The notes under the pieces are model-generated. The model was given only the letters and a program-made list of their open reading frames with translations. It was not told the origin of the DNA and ran no database searches. Shown piece after piece: positions 19,960 to 30,412 of a stretch of DNA of 64,000 nucleotides. The stretch spans positions 960,001-1,024,000 of the forward strand of contig CAWDRG010000009.1 of NCBI GenBank assembly GCA_963804645.1. The letters are read 5' to 3'. This DNA is from an uncultured Bacillota bacterium (GTDB lineage: Bacteria > Sysuimicrobiota > Sysuimicrobiia > Sysuimicrobiales > Segetimicrobiaceae). Numbering within the stretch: the stretch's first letter is position 1; the number at the start of each line of letters is the position of its first letter. The position numbers were made by a program, and so were the translations under genes.

Positions 19960-21665
19960 ATGCCCGAGCGGCCCGTGCAGTTTCCGTGGGAATCGTACTA
20001 TCGGTCTGGACTCATCACGCGCCGGCAGCTGCTCAAGCTGAGCACGATGCTCGGCACTGCCGTTGTGGTGGGCGGGGAGGCCGGCATGCTCGCGGCGCCG
20101 GAACGTGCCGCGGCCGCGGTCGCGCCGGCGGCCCAGCAGGTGCTGCGCTATCCAGACACGGAGCCGTTGCACTTCGACCCGGCGACGATGGAGGCGCGGC
20201 CCGAGATCCTGATCGGCATGGCGCTGTTCGATCCGCTGATCACGTTCGATGCGAGCGGGCACGTCGTGCCGGTCGCCGCCCAGTCATGGAACGTGTCGTC
20301 GGACGGCCTCACGTACACGTTTCACCTCCGCTCCGGCATGCAGTGGTCCGACGGGCATCCGGTGACCGCCTCGGACTACGAGTACGCGTGGAAGCGCGTG
20401 ATCGACCCCACGGTCGCGAGCGATTACGCGTCCGCGTTCTACCCGATCAAGGGCGCGCTGGCGTACAACAAGGGCCAGACCAAGACCGCCGACGGCGTGG
20501 GGATTAAGGCGCTGAACACGCTGACGCTGCAGGTGGTCCTGGCCGCGCCCGCCGCCTACTTCCCGAGAATCGTGTCCACGTGGAACTGTCTGCCCGTGCC
20601 CGCGCTGGCAGGTCGAGAAGTACGGCAAGAAGTGGGTCGAGGCCGGCAACCACGTCGGCAACGGCTCGTTCATGCTGCAGTCCTGGGAGCACGACAAGCA
20701 GATCGTGCTCGTCGCGAATCCCACGCTACTGGGGGACGAAGCCAACGCTGCAGAAGATCGTCTTCACGCTGAGCGACGATCCGTTTACGACGAGCCTGCC
20801 CGCGTACGAAAACAACGAGCTCGACATCACCGACCAGATTCAGCCGGCCGATATCGCGCGCGTGCGCAGCGATCCGACGCTCAGCAAGCAGATCCACAAG
20901 TTCCGGTGGTCCGGTACGGCGTGCCTGTTCTGCGACACGACGAACCCGAAGTCCCCGCTCAGCAACGTCAAAGTGCGCCAGGCGCTTTACCTCGCGATCG
21001 ATCACACGCGCATCGCGAACGACGTACTGCGCGGCATCTACGATTCGGCGCTGACCATCACGCCGCCTGGGACGATGGGTTCGCTCGCGACGCCGCCGCT
21101 CACGGGCGGGGTCGCCCGCGCGAAGGAGCTGCTTGCCGAAGCCGGCTATCCGGACGGCAAGGCCTTCCCCGGATTCACGATCACGTGGGGCAATCTGGTG
21201 ACGTTCAACCTTGTGGCGCAGGCGCTGCAGCAGATGTGGAGCGACTCGCTGAACATCACCGTGAATCTCCAGCAGATGGACTCGAAGGGGTTCAACGCCG
21301 CGTTCAACTCGTACGGGTCGCAGCCGTACGGCGCGTTCATCAGCCGGTGGGGCTCCGACTACGAAGATCCGGCCAACTGGGCGAACATCCTGTTCGATTC
21401 CGACCAGGACTTCTTCCACACGAAGTGGCACAATGTCCAGTTTGACTCCCTCGTCCGCGCCGGGTCCGCGGAGCTCAACGCGACGAAGCGCAAGAGCGAC
21501 TACGAGTCGGCGGAAAAGATTCTGAACACCGAGCTGCCGGCGATCCCGCTGTATCACCTGGGCGTCATCATCGCGATCAAGCCGTACGTGCAGGGGTTCG
21601 CGCTGCCGCCGGCCGCCAGCGCCTGGTACGGCACGTTCGCCCGGGTCAAAATCCTGGACCACTAA
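19960..21665 (+). CDS. Oligopeptide ABC substrate-binding protein (OppA-like), Tat signal; two apparent +1 frameshifts (~20600, ~20720)
   Basis: TRRQLLK; WSDGHPVTASDYEYAWKR; removing one C at each site gives PVPRWQVEKYG...GNGSF...ANPRYWG continuing to the stop at 21665. Confidence 0.85.
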
Positions 21666-21702
21666 CCCGCGCCGGACAGAGGCCGCGCGCCGCGCGCTTC
21701 CG

Positions 21703-22630
21703 ATGGGGGTCTATCTCGCCCGCCGGGTTCTGCTGGCGATTCCGACGATGGCGGTCGTGTATACGCTGGCGTTCCTTCTGATTCATGCGACGCCGGGGGG
21801 ACCGTGGGACAACGCGGAGAAGCCGCTCGCGCCGGAGGTCATCCAAAACATCAAGATCAAGTACCACCTGGACCAGCCGATCTGGGCGCAGTACCTGCTC
21901 TACCTCGGCAACGTGCTCCACGGCTCGCTCGGGCCGTCGTACGTGAACACCTCCGAGGACGTCTCGGAGATCATCAAGGAGTTCTTTCCGGTCTCGCTCC
22001 AGCTCGGCGCGGCCGCGATAGTGTTCGCGGTCGTGGTCGGGCATCCCGCTCGGCACGCTGGCCGCCGTCTACCGCAACACGCCGGTGGACTACGCGGCCA
22101 CGGGGCTCGTGGTGCTCGGGATCTCGATCCCCAACTACGTGATGGCCTCGCTGCTCGTGACGGTCGTGGCGGTGGAGCTGCACTGGCTGCCGACCGGCGG
22201 GTGGGGCGGGTTGTTCGACGTCCGCCTGCTGATTCCGATGGTCGCGATCGGCTTTCGCCCGGCGACCGTCCTCGCCCGGTATCTTCGGACCGCGCTCCTC
22301 GACGTGATGCACCAGGACTACATCCGGACGGCGCGCGCGAAAGGGCTGTTTGGATCGCGCGTGATCATTCATCATGGCCTCAGAAACGCGCTCACGCCGG
22401 TCGCGACCGTGTCCGGGATTCTCGTCGCGGACGTCGTCACCGGATCGTTCTTCGTCGAGACGATCACGCGGGTGCCGGGCATCGGCCGGTATTTTGTCAC
22501 GGCGGTGACCGGACGGGATTATCCTGTGCTGCTGGCGCTGGCACTGTTGTTCGCCGTCATCATCATCACGATGAACATCCTCGTCGACCTGTCCTACGCC
22601 GTGCTCGACCCCCGGGTGCGGTATTCATGA
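21703..22630 (+). CDS. Oligopeptide ABC permease (OppB-like); apparent +1 frameshift near 22040
   Basis: PGGPW, LDQPIWAQY, DYIRTARAKGL, HGLRNAL, RDYP, VDLSYAVLDPRV. Confidence 0.88.
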
Positions 22631-22666
22631 CGCGCGCGGCGCGCCGCCCGATGCTCGGCCGGCGGG

Positions 22667-23629
22667 GTGGGCGCCACGGATAGCCCGTCGCTCGTCGGGA
22701 CCCGCGCGCCGGCCTCCCGGGAGGCCCGCCGCCGGTCGCGGCGCGCCCTCGTGCGGTTCGCCCGGCACCGCCTCGCGATCGTGGGCGCCGTGTGCCTGCT
22801 GGCGATCGTGGTAATCGCGATCGCCGCCCCCGTGGTCGCGCCCTACCGCTACGCCCGGCAGGATCTGCTGAACACCTACGCGCCGCCCGACGCGCGCCAT
22901 CTGGTCGGCACCGACGCGCTGGGGAGGGACGTGTTGAGCCGGCTCATGTACGGCGCGCGCGTGTCCATGAGCGCCGGGGTCGTGGCCACCGCGATCGTGC
23001 TCACGATCGGGGTGCCGACCGGCCTCGTCGCGGGCTACTTCGGCGGGATGTTCGACCTGCTGCTGATGCGCGTGGTCGACGTCGTCTACGCGATCCCGTT
23101 TCTGCTGCTGGTCCTCTTGCTGCAGGTCTTTTTCACGGCGTTTCTGCCTGCGGTGAAGGCCGGGCCGCTGCTGTGGCTGCGCATGCTGAACCAGGATACG
23201 GGGGGCATCACCGCGATCGTGCTCGCGCTCTCGCTGGTCGGGTGGCTGGACGTGGCGCGGGTGGCCCGCGGCCAGACGATCGCGCTCCGCCACCGCGAGT
23301 TTATTCAGGCGGCGAAGAGCCTCGGCGCCTCGGAGCGGCGGATCGTCGCCGCGCATCTCCTGCCGAACATCGCGGCCCCGATCATCGTCATGGCGACGCT
23401 CTTGATCCCGCAGTTCATCATCGCGGAGGCCGCGCTGAGCTTCCTCGGCCTCGGCGTGCAGCCGCCGACGCCGAGCTGGGGCATCATGATCCTGGACGGC
23501 GCGAACGCCATCGAATCCTACCCGCGGCTCGTGATCGCGCCCGCGGTGGCGCTCGCCGTGACGCTGCTCAGCCTCAACTTCGTCGGCGACGGCCTGCGCG
23601 ACGCGCTCGATCCCTCCGGCGAGCGCTGA
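22667..23629 (+). CDS. Oligopeptide ABC permease (OppC-like); true start may be ATG 22627 with a frameshift
   Basis: GTDALGRDVLSRL, ARGQ, REFIQAAKSLGAS, HLLPN, LSFLGLG...SWG, GDGLRDALDP. Confidence 0.9.
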   Translation: MGATDSPSLVGTRAPASREARRRSRRALVRFARHRLAIVGAVCLLAIVVIAIAAPVVAPYRYARQDLLNTYAPPDARHLVGTDALGRDVLSRLMYGARVSMSAGVVATAIVLTIGVPTGLVAGYFGGMFDLLLMRVVDVVYAIPFLLLVLLLQVFFTAFLPAVKAGPLLWLRMLNQDTGGITAIVLALSLVGWLDVARVARGQTIALRHREFIQAAKSLGASERRIVAAHLLPNIAAPIIVMATLLIPQFIIAEAALSFLGLGVQPPTPSWGIMILDGANAIESYPRLVIAPAVALAVTLLSLNFVGDGLRDALDPSGER

Positions 23630-23656
23630 CCCGGCGACGTCGACCCCCGGCGGGGC

Positions 23657-24634
23657 CTACGCCGTCAGCGCGCCGCCCGTGAGCAGCGGGTCGCCGTCGA
23701 GCGTCAGGGTCGGCCGGTACATCATCCCGTCGAAGTGCGACGCCGCCTTGGTGGAGCCGCCGAGGTTCGCGCTGGTGCCGATCCCGATGTGCACGGTCCC
23801 GAACGCCCCGTGGTCCTGCGCCCAGACGCCGGTCAGCATGAGGACCTCCGGGTTGAGCCCGACCGCCAGCTGCGCGATGTTGTAGACGGCGGCGTCGCCG
23901 AGCGACGCCCAGATGCGCGCGATCATGCGCGCCTCGTGTCCGCCGTCGACGCGGACGATATTGCCGCGCTCGACCGTGCAGACGACCGGATCCCGCAGCG
24001 GCCCGCCGAGCCGCAGGTTCGGAATGCTGCCGTCGAAGACCAGGACGCCCTGCGCCGATCCGTCCCTCGGTGAGACGTTCGCCTCGATGTTCGGGAACGA
24101 CGAGAACTTCCCCGGACGATCGAGAATGCAGTCGTGCGCGTTGCCGGCCCGCGCCGTCAGGTCAAACGTGCAGTCCGTTCCGCCCGGCGTCGTGAGGTGC
24201 GCGGCCGCGGCGCGGGTGAGCCGCACCGCCACCCGGCGGACCGTGGCCGACTGGGCCTCGAAGTCCGCTTCGGCCCCGCCGCGCGTCAACTGCCCGAGGG
24301 TCGCCGCCGGCAGCGACAGCACCCGCGTTCCCCGGTCGAGCGCCGCGTGCACGGCGCTCGAATGGCTGATCGAGTAGCTGACCGGGATGAGCGCGACGGT
24401 CGCGGCCTGGAGTGCCGCCGAGACGATGCCCGGGGGCTCGTCGCCGTCGACCCGGCGCGGCGTCATCAGGGTCGTGACGACGTCGTCGGTCACTTCCAGC
24501 GCCGCGGCCGCGAGCATGTCGGCGACCTCGACGGTGTCGGTGTCCGCGACGACCACGACCGACTCCCCGGGCGCGACGCGCGCGCACGTCCGCACGACTT
24601 TCCGGGCACCGGGCAGGAAGCCTGCCAGCGTCAT
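23657..24634 (-). CDS. M29/leucyl-aminopeptidase-like (NicX-like fold) metalloenzyme
   Basis: PGESVVVVAD, TPGGTDCTF, IEAN, GVLVFDGS, GTVHIGIG, SHFD; GGAGG RBS. Confidence 0.7.
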   Translation of the reverse strand: MTLAGFLPGARKVVRTCARVAPGESVVVVADTDTVEVADMLAAAALEVTDDVVTTLMTPRRVDGDEPPGIVSAALQAATVALIPVSYSISHSSAVHAALDRGTRVLSLPAATLGQLTRGGAEADFEAQSATVRRVAVRLTRAAAAHLTTPGGTDCTFDLTARAGNAHDCILDRPGKFSSFPNIEANVSPRDGSAQGVLVFDGSIPNLRLGGPLRDPVVCTVERGNIVRVDGGHEARMIARIWASLGDAAVYNIAQLAVGLNPEVLMLTGVWAQDHGAFGTVHIGIGTSANLGGSTKAASHFDGMMYRPTLTLDGDPLLTGGALTA

Positions 24635-24708
24635 TCCGCGCCTCCGACTCGTTGTCTTCCGAACTCCGGGCCCGCGAGGGGGCCGGCCGCGCCGATTCCT
24701 CGCCCGCG

Positions 24709-25872
24709 CTACCGCGGGACGTCCGCGCCGCGCCGGATCAGGATTTCGCGGAGGCGCCGGGCGACGATCTCCGCCTCGCCGGGCTGCAGCGTCCACGACG
24801 CGATCTCGAGCGCGTCCTCCTCCTGCGGGACCGGCACCACCTCGATCGGCGGATCGCCGGCGCGCAGCTCCTCCGCGATCTCTGCTATGGACCCGTCCGC
24901 GGCCGAGCGCCAGCGGACGCGCAGGTGCGGCACGTGGTTGGAGATCGCGGGGACGAACTGTTCCGTCTGGATGCGCGGGAGCGGCTCGAGGGCCGACCGC
25001 AGCCCCGACACGGCCGCCTCCCAGGCGCGCCACTCGGCGTCGTGATCGCGGCGGAGATAGGTCTCGACGGCGACCAGCATGCCGATCACTTCTTCCTTGC
25101 TCACCTTGAGGCCGCGGCCGACGGTGTCGCTGTGCGGCGCCGTGTTCAGCCGCGCCGCGGTCACGAGGTCGCGGCGTCCCAGCAGCAGTCCCGCACTCTG
25201 CGGGCCTCCGAGCCCTTTGCCGCCGGAGACGGCGACCAGGTCGAACCCCATGCGCGTGTACGCGAACAGAGTGTCCACCGGCGGGACGTCGGCGGCCGCG
25301 TCGTTCATCGTGGGCACGCCGCGCCGCTTCCCGACGGCGATGAACTCCGCGGCGGGGATCCGGCCGCTCGGCGCCGCCTTGTTCAGAAAAAGCAGCAGCG
25401 CCGTCTGATCGGTGATCGCGCGCTCCAGCTCGTCGCGCGTGTCCACCTCGACGAGCCGCACGCCGCAGGCGCGGACCGCGTGATCGTACAGGAACCGGTG
25501 GGCGCGCTGCATCACGACCTCGTGCTTCATTCCGGTCAGGTCCGGCAGCCGCCGGATCCGCTCCGGATCGTCTCCCGTGATGCACGCCGCGGTCCCGAGC
25601 ATGAGCGCCGCGGCCGCGCCGGACGTCACCAGGGCGGCCTCGCACTCGAGGAGGTGCGCGATGCGGGCGCCCACCGCCGCGTGCACGTCCTCGAGCCGGG
25701 CGCAGCGGCCCGACACCGCGGCGATCGCGTCGACCACCTCCGGGCGCATCAGCATGCCTCCGAACTTCGTGTACGTCCCGGCGGCGTTGATGACGGTGCG
25801 CACGCCGAGGTCGGCGAGGAAGTCCCTGCGCGGTGCCGTCCCTCAAACGGCGTGCGTGTCGAGGTTCCGCAT
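24709..25872 (-). CDS. SelA-like PLP-dependent enzyme (SelA/DgaE family); in-frame TGA at codon 10 (25845-25843)
   Basis: LGVRTVINAAGTYTKFGG, VTSGAAAA, DAAAD, SGGKGLGGPQSAG, GRGLKVSKEE; strong RBS GGGGAGGAG before ATG 25872. Confidence 0.8.
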
Positions 25873-26006
25873 CGCTGCTCCTCCCCGCGCCGAGCCGCGG
25901 TCCGCGCACATGGGCGGCGCGGGATCGTGCGTACCGGCGTCGAGGCCTTCGCGGGGGTCCGGCCAACTCCTGGTCCCGTCGGCGCGCGGCGCCCGGAACC
26001 CGTCCG

Positions 26007-27368
26007 CTACCGGCAGACGGGATTCAGCGCGCCGCGGGTCATCGCGAACCCCAGGTGCCTGTTGGGCGAGCTGGCCCACGCGAGGAGGCCGACGACCTCG
26101 CCCTGATCGTCGAGGACGGGCGACCCGCTGTCGCCGTGCACGGCGGTGCCCTGGAGGGAGATCGTGAAGATCGGCGTCCCGTCCGACGCCGCGACGATCT
26201 TTTGCACGGTCCCCGGGGTCGACAGCGCGTAGGGGATCGACCCCGCGCTGCCGCCGTACCCGACGAAGTGCACCGGCTCCCCGACGACCGGATCTGGCCC
26301 GAACCGCAGCGCCGGAAACGACGGTAGGGGGCCCTGGTGCGCGTAGCCGTACGGCGTCAGGCCGGGCGGGTGGAGACTCCCGAACGGGAAGTCGGGCGCG
26401 GGTGCGAGCCGAATCTCCGCGACGTCGCGGCTCGGTTCGACCGGGGAGGAGGGATCCCCCCACGGATCGTGCGTCAGCACGCTTGCGCAGACGACGGTCG
26501 CGCCGTAGAACTCGCCGTTGACGAGCGCCACCAGCTGATACGCGGGGTTGACGTACGCTTCGTACACGACGTGGCTGTTGGTCAGCGCCGTGCCGTCCGG
26601 GGAGATGAAGAACGCCGTCCCTCCGGCGACGTCGTAGGACCGCTGCGGGACGCGCGGCACCGCGAACACCATGAACACGCCCGCGAGTGGATTCTCGCCT
26701 ACCGCGGGCGATTCCGGAGGCGGTTGCGGCAGCCGCTGGACCAGCGGCGGGGTCGGACGGAACGTCTCGAGGATCGCAGAGATCGTCGCGAAATCCGTCC
26801 TGATGCGACCCGGGTCGTTCAGGGTCGCGCCGTACGCGTAGTAGCCGGTCTGTCCGACCGCCATGAAGACCATGACCGAGTACAGAGACACGGGACGCTC
26901 GGGGACGGGCGCGATGGCGTAGACGTAATATGCCGGCAGGCCGGCGACGGTGGCGGCGCCCTCCTGAAGGACCCGCAGACCGGACGGTGCCTGTGGTGCC
27001 GCCCGGAGCGCGTCGACCATCTGCAGGGGGTCGACCTGCGAGTTGGACTGCGTGAGGGGCACCGCCGTGACGACGAACATCGGGGCGGCCTGCGAGGCGC
27101 CTCCCGGGCCAAACGCGATCAGCCCGCTGGTCCCGCTCGTGATCAGGGGGCGCGCTGCGGCCGGCACTTCTTTCGCCAGGACCGCCGCGTCGAGCGGCCC
27201 CGCGCTCCAGTCCCCGGGCAGGGTGATCGTGAACTGCCCGCGGTCGTCCGAGACCACCCGCGCGGCCGGCTGTGCGACGGCCGGGGTCAGCGCCGCGCCG
27301 CACAGGGCAAGCAGGCAGACCGCCTGCGTCCACCGCCGCCCTACGGTTGTTGATGTGTGGTGACGCAA
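26007..27368 (-). CDS. Secreted trypsin-like serine protease with N-terminal domain of unknown function
   Basis: Signal peptide; triad motifs LTNSHV, RDVAEI, GDSGSP; Pro-rich linker; TATAAT (27410-27415, minus) upstream; start codon uncertain. Confidence 0.8.
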   Translation of the reverse strand: MRHHTSTTVGRRWTQAVCLLALCGAALTPAVAQPAARVVSDDRGQFTITLPGDWSAGPLDAAVLAKEVPAAARPLITSGTSGLIAFGPGGASQAAPMFVVTAVPLTQSNSQVDPLQMVDALRAAPQAPSGLRVLQEGAATVAGLPAYYVYAIAPVPERPVSLYSVMVFMAVGQTGYYAYGATLNDPGRIRTDFATISAILETFRPTPPLVQRLPQPPPESPAVGENPLAGVFMVFAVPRVPQRSYDVAGGTAFFISPDGTALTNSHVVYEAYVNPAYQLVALVNGEFYGATVVCASVLTHDPWGDPSSPVEPSRDVAEIRLAPAPDFPFGSLHPPGLTPYGYAHQGPLPSFPALRFGPDPVVGEPVHFVGYGGSAGSIPYALSTPGTVQKIVAASDGTPIFTISLQGTAVHGDSGSPVLDDQGEVVGLLAWASSPNRHLGFAMTRGALNPVCR

Positions 27369-27551
27369 CGACGATCTCCCCCCGCGCGCTCGCCCGGCTC
27401 TGGTTCAGTATTATACCCACAGCGGGTCGTTGGGAGGAACAGTTCCCGGGAAACGCGTGCCTCCGGACCGGCGGCGTCCAGCCCTCCGGTTGACGGGGCC
27501 GGGGCGGCGTGTTTTTATGGATGCGGGTTCGAAGACGCGCCGCGGGCTGTG

Positions 27552-27582
27552 ACGCCCTCCGACGGGTTCCGTCGGAGGGCGT
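27552..27582. promoter_or_regulatory. Perfect 14-bp hairpin in the lysE leader
   Basis: acgccctccgacgg-gtt-ccgtcggagggcgt. Confidence 0.55.
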
Positions 27583-27609
27583 GCGCATGCGCGGACGGGA
27601 GGCGGGGCC

Positions 27610-28248
27610 GTGGAGCCGACGTGGCTCGTGACGTTTCTGGCCGTGAATTTCCTGCTCAACGTCACGCCGGGACCGGCCGTGCTGCAGGTCGTCGGACACA
27701 GCATGGCGAACGGCTGGCGCCCCGCGCAGGCCAGCATTCTCGGCATCCTCTCCGCCAACGCGGTGTACTGCGGGTGCTCGGCGCTCGGGGTCGGCGCCGT
27801 GATCCTCGCGGCGCCGCAGCTGTTCGAGGCGGTCAAGTACGCCGGCACCGCCTACCTCGCGTGGCTGGGGATCTCGGCCCTGCGCGGCGTGGGCACGCTC
27901 GGGGCGGCGGCGGTCAGCGTGGGCCCGCCCGCACGTCCCTCGGCGCTGTTCCGGCAGAGCTTCGTGCTGCAGAGCGCCAATCCCAAGTCCGTGCTCTTCT
28001 ACTGCGCGATGCTACCGGTGTTCGCCGGCGCCGCGGAGGGCGCGGCGGGGCGCATCGTGCTGTTGGGGATCTTCTCGTTCGTTCTCGAGTATCCGGTGTT
28101 GCTGGCCTACTCGCTGCTCGCGTCGCGGGTGCGCGTCTGGCTCTCGCGCGGCCGCGGCCGCATCCTGCTGCAGGCCGGCAGCGGCCTCGCGCTGCTCGCG
28201 GCCGCCGGCTTGGTGACCGCCACGCACTTCGACCTGCCCGGGTCGTAG
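27610..28248 (+). CDS. LysE/RhtB family amino-acid exporter
   Basis: TPGP, VKYAGTAYLAWLG, ANPK motifs; GGAGG RBS. Confidence 0.92.
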   Translation: MEPTWLVTFLAVNFLLNVTPGPAVLQVVGHSMANGWRPAQASILGILSANAVYCGCSALGVGAVILAAPQLFEAVKYAGTAYLAWLGISALRGVGTLGAAAVSVGPPARPSALFRQSFVLQSANPKSVLFYCAMLPVFAGAAEGAAGRIVLLGIFSFVLEYPVLLAYSLLASRVRVWLSRGRGRILLQAGSGLALLAAAGLVTATHFDLPGS

Positions 28249-28270
28249 CTCGGGTCCCTCGCCGCCCCGC

Positions 28271-29044
28271 CTACGGTTTCGCGGCGCGCACCAGCGCGAG
28301 GTATTCGTCCACCGTCTCCGTTCCGGTGATCGCGCGCAGGATGAGCTCATCGACGCTGCCGCGCCACGCGTCCAGCGCGTGCGCCACTTCCGCCGGGGAG
28401 TCGGCCGCGATCGCGGTCTCGATCGGGGCGACCTTCATGCGCGCGAACTGCGCCCCGTACGCCGGGATGCCGGCGTACCTCGCTCCCTCCGCGAGCACTT
28501 TGGCACGGGCGGCGGCCCCAAGGGACAGGCGGACATACGCGAAGATCTTCGGCGCCTGCCGCCCCGCGGCGGCGGCGCCGGCGCGCACCAGGTCGGCGGA
28601 CTCCCGCGTCTGCGCAGGGGTCAGCCAGTTGAACAGCACCGCGTCGGACACCTCGCCGGCGAGGCGGCACATCTGCGGACCGAGGGCCGCGACGATGATC
28701 CGCGCCGACAGCTGCGCCCGCAGCGAGGCGACGCCGCTGCGCACGCGGGCAAGGGCGCCGGGATTCGCGCTGCCCACCCCGAGCAGCAGGCGCGTGAGCG
28801 GCAGCCCCTGCGCCCGCACATCCCGGACGATGTCGTCGGGTCCCCGGGTCTGCAGGGGGACGACGCCGACGCCTAGATCGACGCGCCGCGTCTCCGGGAC
28901 GGCCAGCGCGAGGGCGGCGAGCCCGTCGATCGCCCCGGGATAGTTCGTCCAGAAGGACGTGTACCCGAGTGCCTCCGCCTCGCGCGCGGACGCGCGGATG
29001 ATCTCGGGCGCCGTGCCCGCGTACACCGCAAATCCTCTGCCCAT
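28271..29044 (-). CDS. LLM (luciferase-like) flavin-dependent oxidoreductase
   Basis: AEALGYTSFW, LGVGV, LLLGVG, AALGPQMCRLAGEVSDAVLFNW. Confidence 0.82.
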   Translation of the reverse strand: MGRGFAVYAGTAPEIIRASAREAEALGYTSFWTNYPGAIDGLAALALAVPETRRVDLGVGVVPLQTRGPDDIVRDVRAQGLPLTRLLLGVGSANPGALARVRSGVASLRAQLSARIIVAALGPQMCRLAGEVSDAVLFNWLTPAQTRESADLVRAGAAAAGRQAPKIFAYVRLSLGAAARAKVLAEGARYAGIPAYGAQFARMKVAPIETAIAADSPAEVAHALDAWRGSVDELILRAITGTETVDEYLALVRAAKP

Positions 29045-29089
29045 CGCTGATCCCTCCGAGGTGTCCGGCGGCACCCTGCGCGCCGCCCG

Positions 29090-30091
29090 CTACGAGTCGA
29101 CGCGCGTCCCGCTCTGCGCCGCCGCCGGCGCATCGGGGTTGACCACGTTGATGGGCGAACCGGCGGCGTAGGCCGTGATCTGGTCGAAGATGTCGGCAAA
29201 CTGGATCTCGTATTCGTCCCGCGAGACGTACCCGATGTGCGGCGTGCACACCACCTGCGCCATCCCGAGCAGCGAATCGCGGGGGTCGAGCAGGGGCTCC
29301 TCCTCGAACACGTCCACCGCCGCCATGCCGGGGCGTCCGGCCCGCAGGCCCTGCACCAGCGCGCCGGGCTCAATGAGCGCGGCGCGGCTCGTGTTGACGA
29401 GCAGGGCGTCCGGTTTCATCCGAGCCAGGTCGGCCGCGGTCACGATCCCGCGCGTCGCCGCCACCAGGCGCAGATGCAGCGAGACGATGTCGCACGTCTC
29501 GAACAATTCCGCCTGGCCGCCCGCGGTCGCGTAGCCGTCGGTCCGCGCCCGCGCCAGCGAGGGCTCGCGGGACCACACCAGCACGCGCATGCCGAACGCC
29601 CGGCCGTAGCCGGCCACGACCGCCCCGATCCGGCCGTAGCCGAAGATGCCCAGCGTGCGGCCGCGCAGCGTGCGGCCGACGCCGATCTGCCACGTCCCGG
29701 CCCGGAGCGACGCCATCTGCTGGGGGATCTGGCGCACGGACGCGAGGATCAGCCCCCAGGTCAGCTCCGCCGCGGCGTAGGAGGGCGTGCCCGCGTGCTG
29801 GCTCGACGACACGATCACCCCGAGCCGCGTGCAGGCATCGACGTCGATGTGCGGGTAGACGCTGCGCTGGCTGATGAGCCGCAGGTGGGGCAGGCGCTCC
29901 AACAGCGGCGCGCGGATCGCCGTCCGCTCCCGGATGAGCACGAGCGCCTCCGTGTCGCGCAGACGCGCGGCCAGGACGTCGGTGTCCTGCACGTGGTCGT
30001 GCCAGATCGTGACCTCGTGCCCGGCGAGCTTGCTGAAGCACCGAAGGGTCCGAAGCGTGTCGTGGTAGTCGTCCAGGATGGCGACCTTCAT
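29090..30091 (-). CDS. D-2-hydroxyacid dehydrogenase family protein
   Basis: [42 protein letters not shown]. Confidence 0.92.
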   Translation of the reverse strand: MKVAILDDYHDTLRTLRCFSKLAGHEVTIWHDHVQDTDVLAARLRDTEALVLIRERTAIRAPLLERLPHLRLISQRSVYPHIDVDACTRLGVIVSSSQHAGTPSYAAAELTWGLILASVRQIPQQMASLRAGTWQIGVGRTLRGRTLGIFGYGRIGAVVAGYGRAFGMRVLVWSREPSLARARTDGYATAGGQAELFETCDIVSLHLRLVAATRGIVTAADLARMKPDALLVNTSRAALIEPGALVQGLRAGRPGMAAVDVFEEEPLLDPRDSLLGMAQVVCTPHIGYVSRDEYEIQFADIFDQITAYAAGSPINVVNPDAPAAAQSGTRVDS

Positions 30092-30412
30092 GCGTCCGTC
30101 TCCCCGTGGACGCCCGTCCGCCAGGGCGGCTCGGATCGTCTGCGAGAACGTTTCGTGCCGGCATCGTTCCCCCCTCTCACGCGGCCGTGACGCCGGATCG
30201 ATCGCCCGCGATGCGTCGGCCGCGGGGGGATGCCGCCGAGCCCGCGAGAGGAGCCCGCGGCGGTGCGGACCGAATCCTTGTGCCGGAGCGGACGCACGCA
30301 CGGCCTTGGGCGCGGCGGCCGCACGAACGGGAGGTCTGCGCGTGCATCTCGACCGCGACACACGCTGGAACCGTGCGGGCGCCCCCTCCGCGCCCGGCGC
30401 GCGCGCCGACGC

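Noticed and set aside
19895..19960. c-di-AMP (ydaO) riboswitch suggested by GAATCC...GGAGGAAC
   Set aside because: Too short, lacks the remaining helices, and is better explained as the promoter motif plus RBS.
20590..22050. Programmed ribosomal frameshifting in the opp-like genes
   Set aside because: No slippery heptamer or stimulatory structure seen; multiple independent 1-nt indels point to sequence error.
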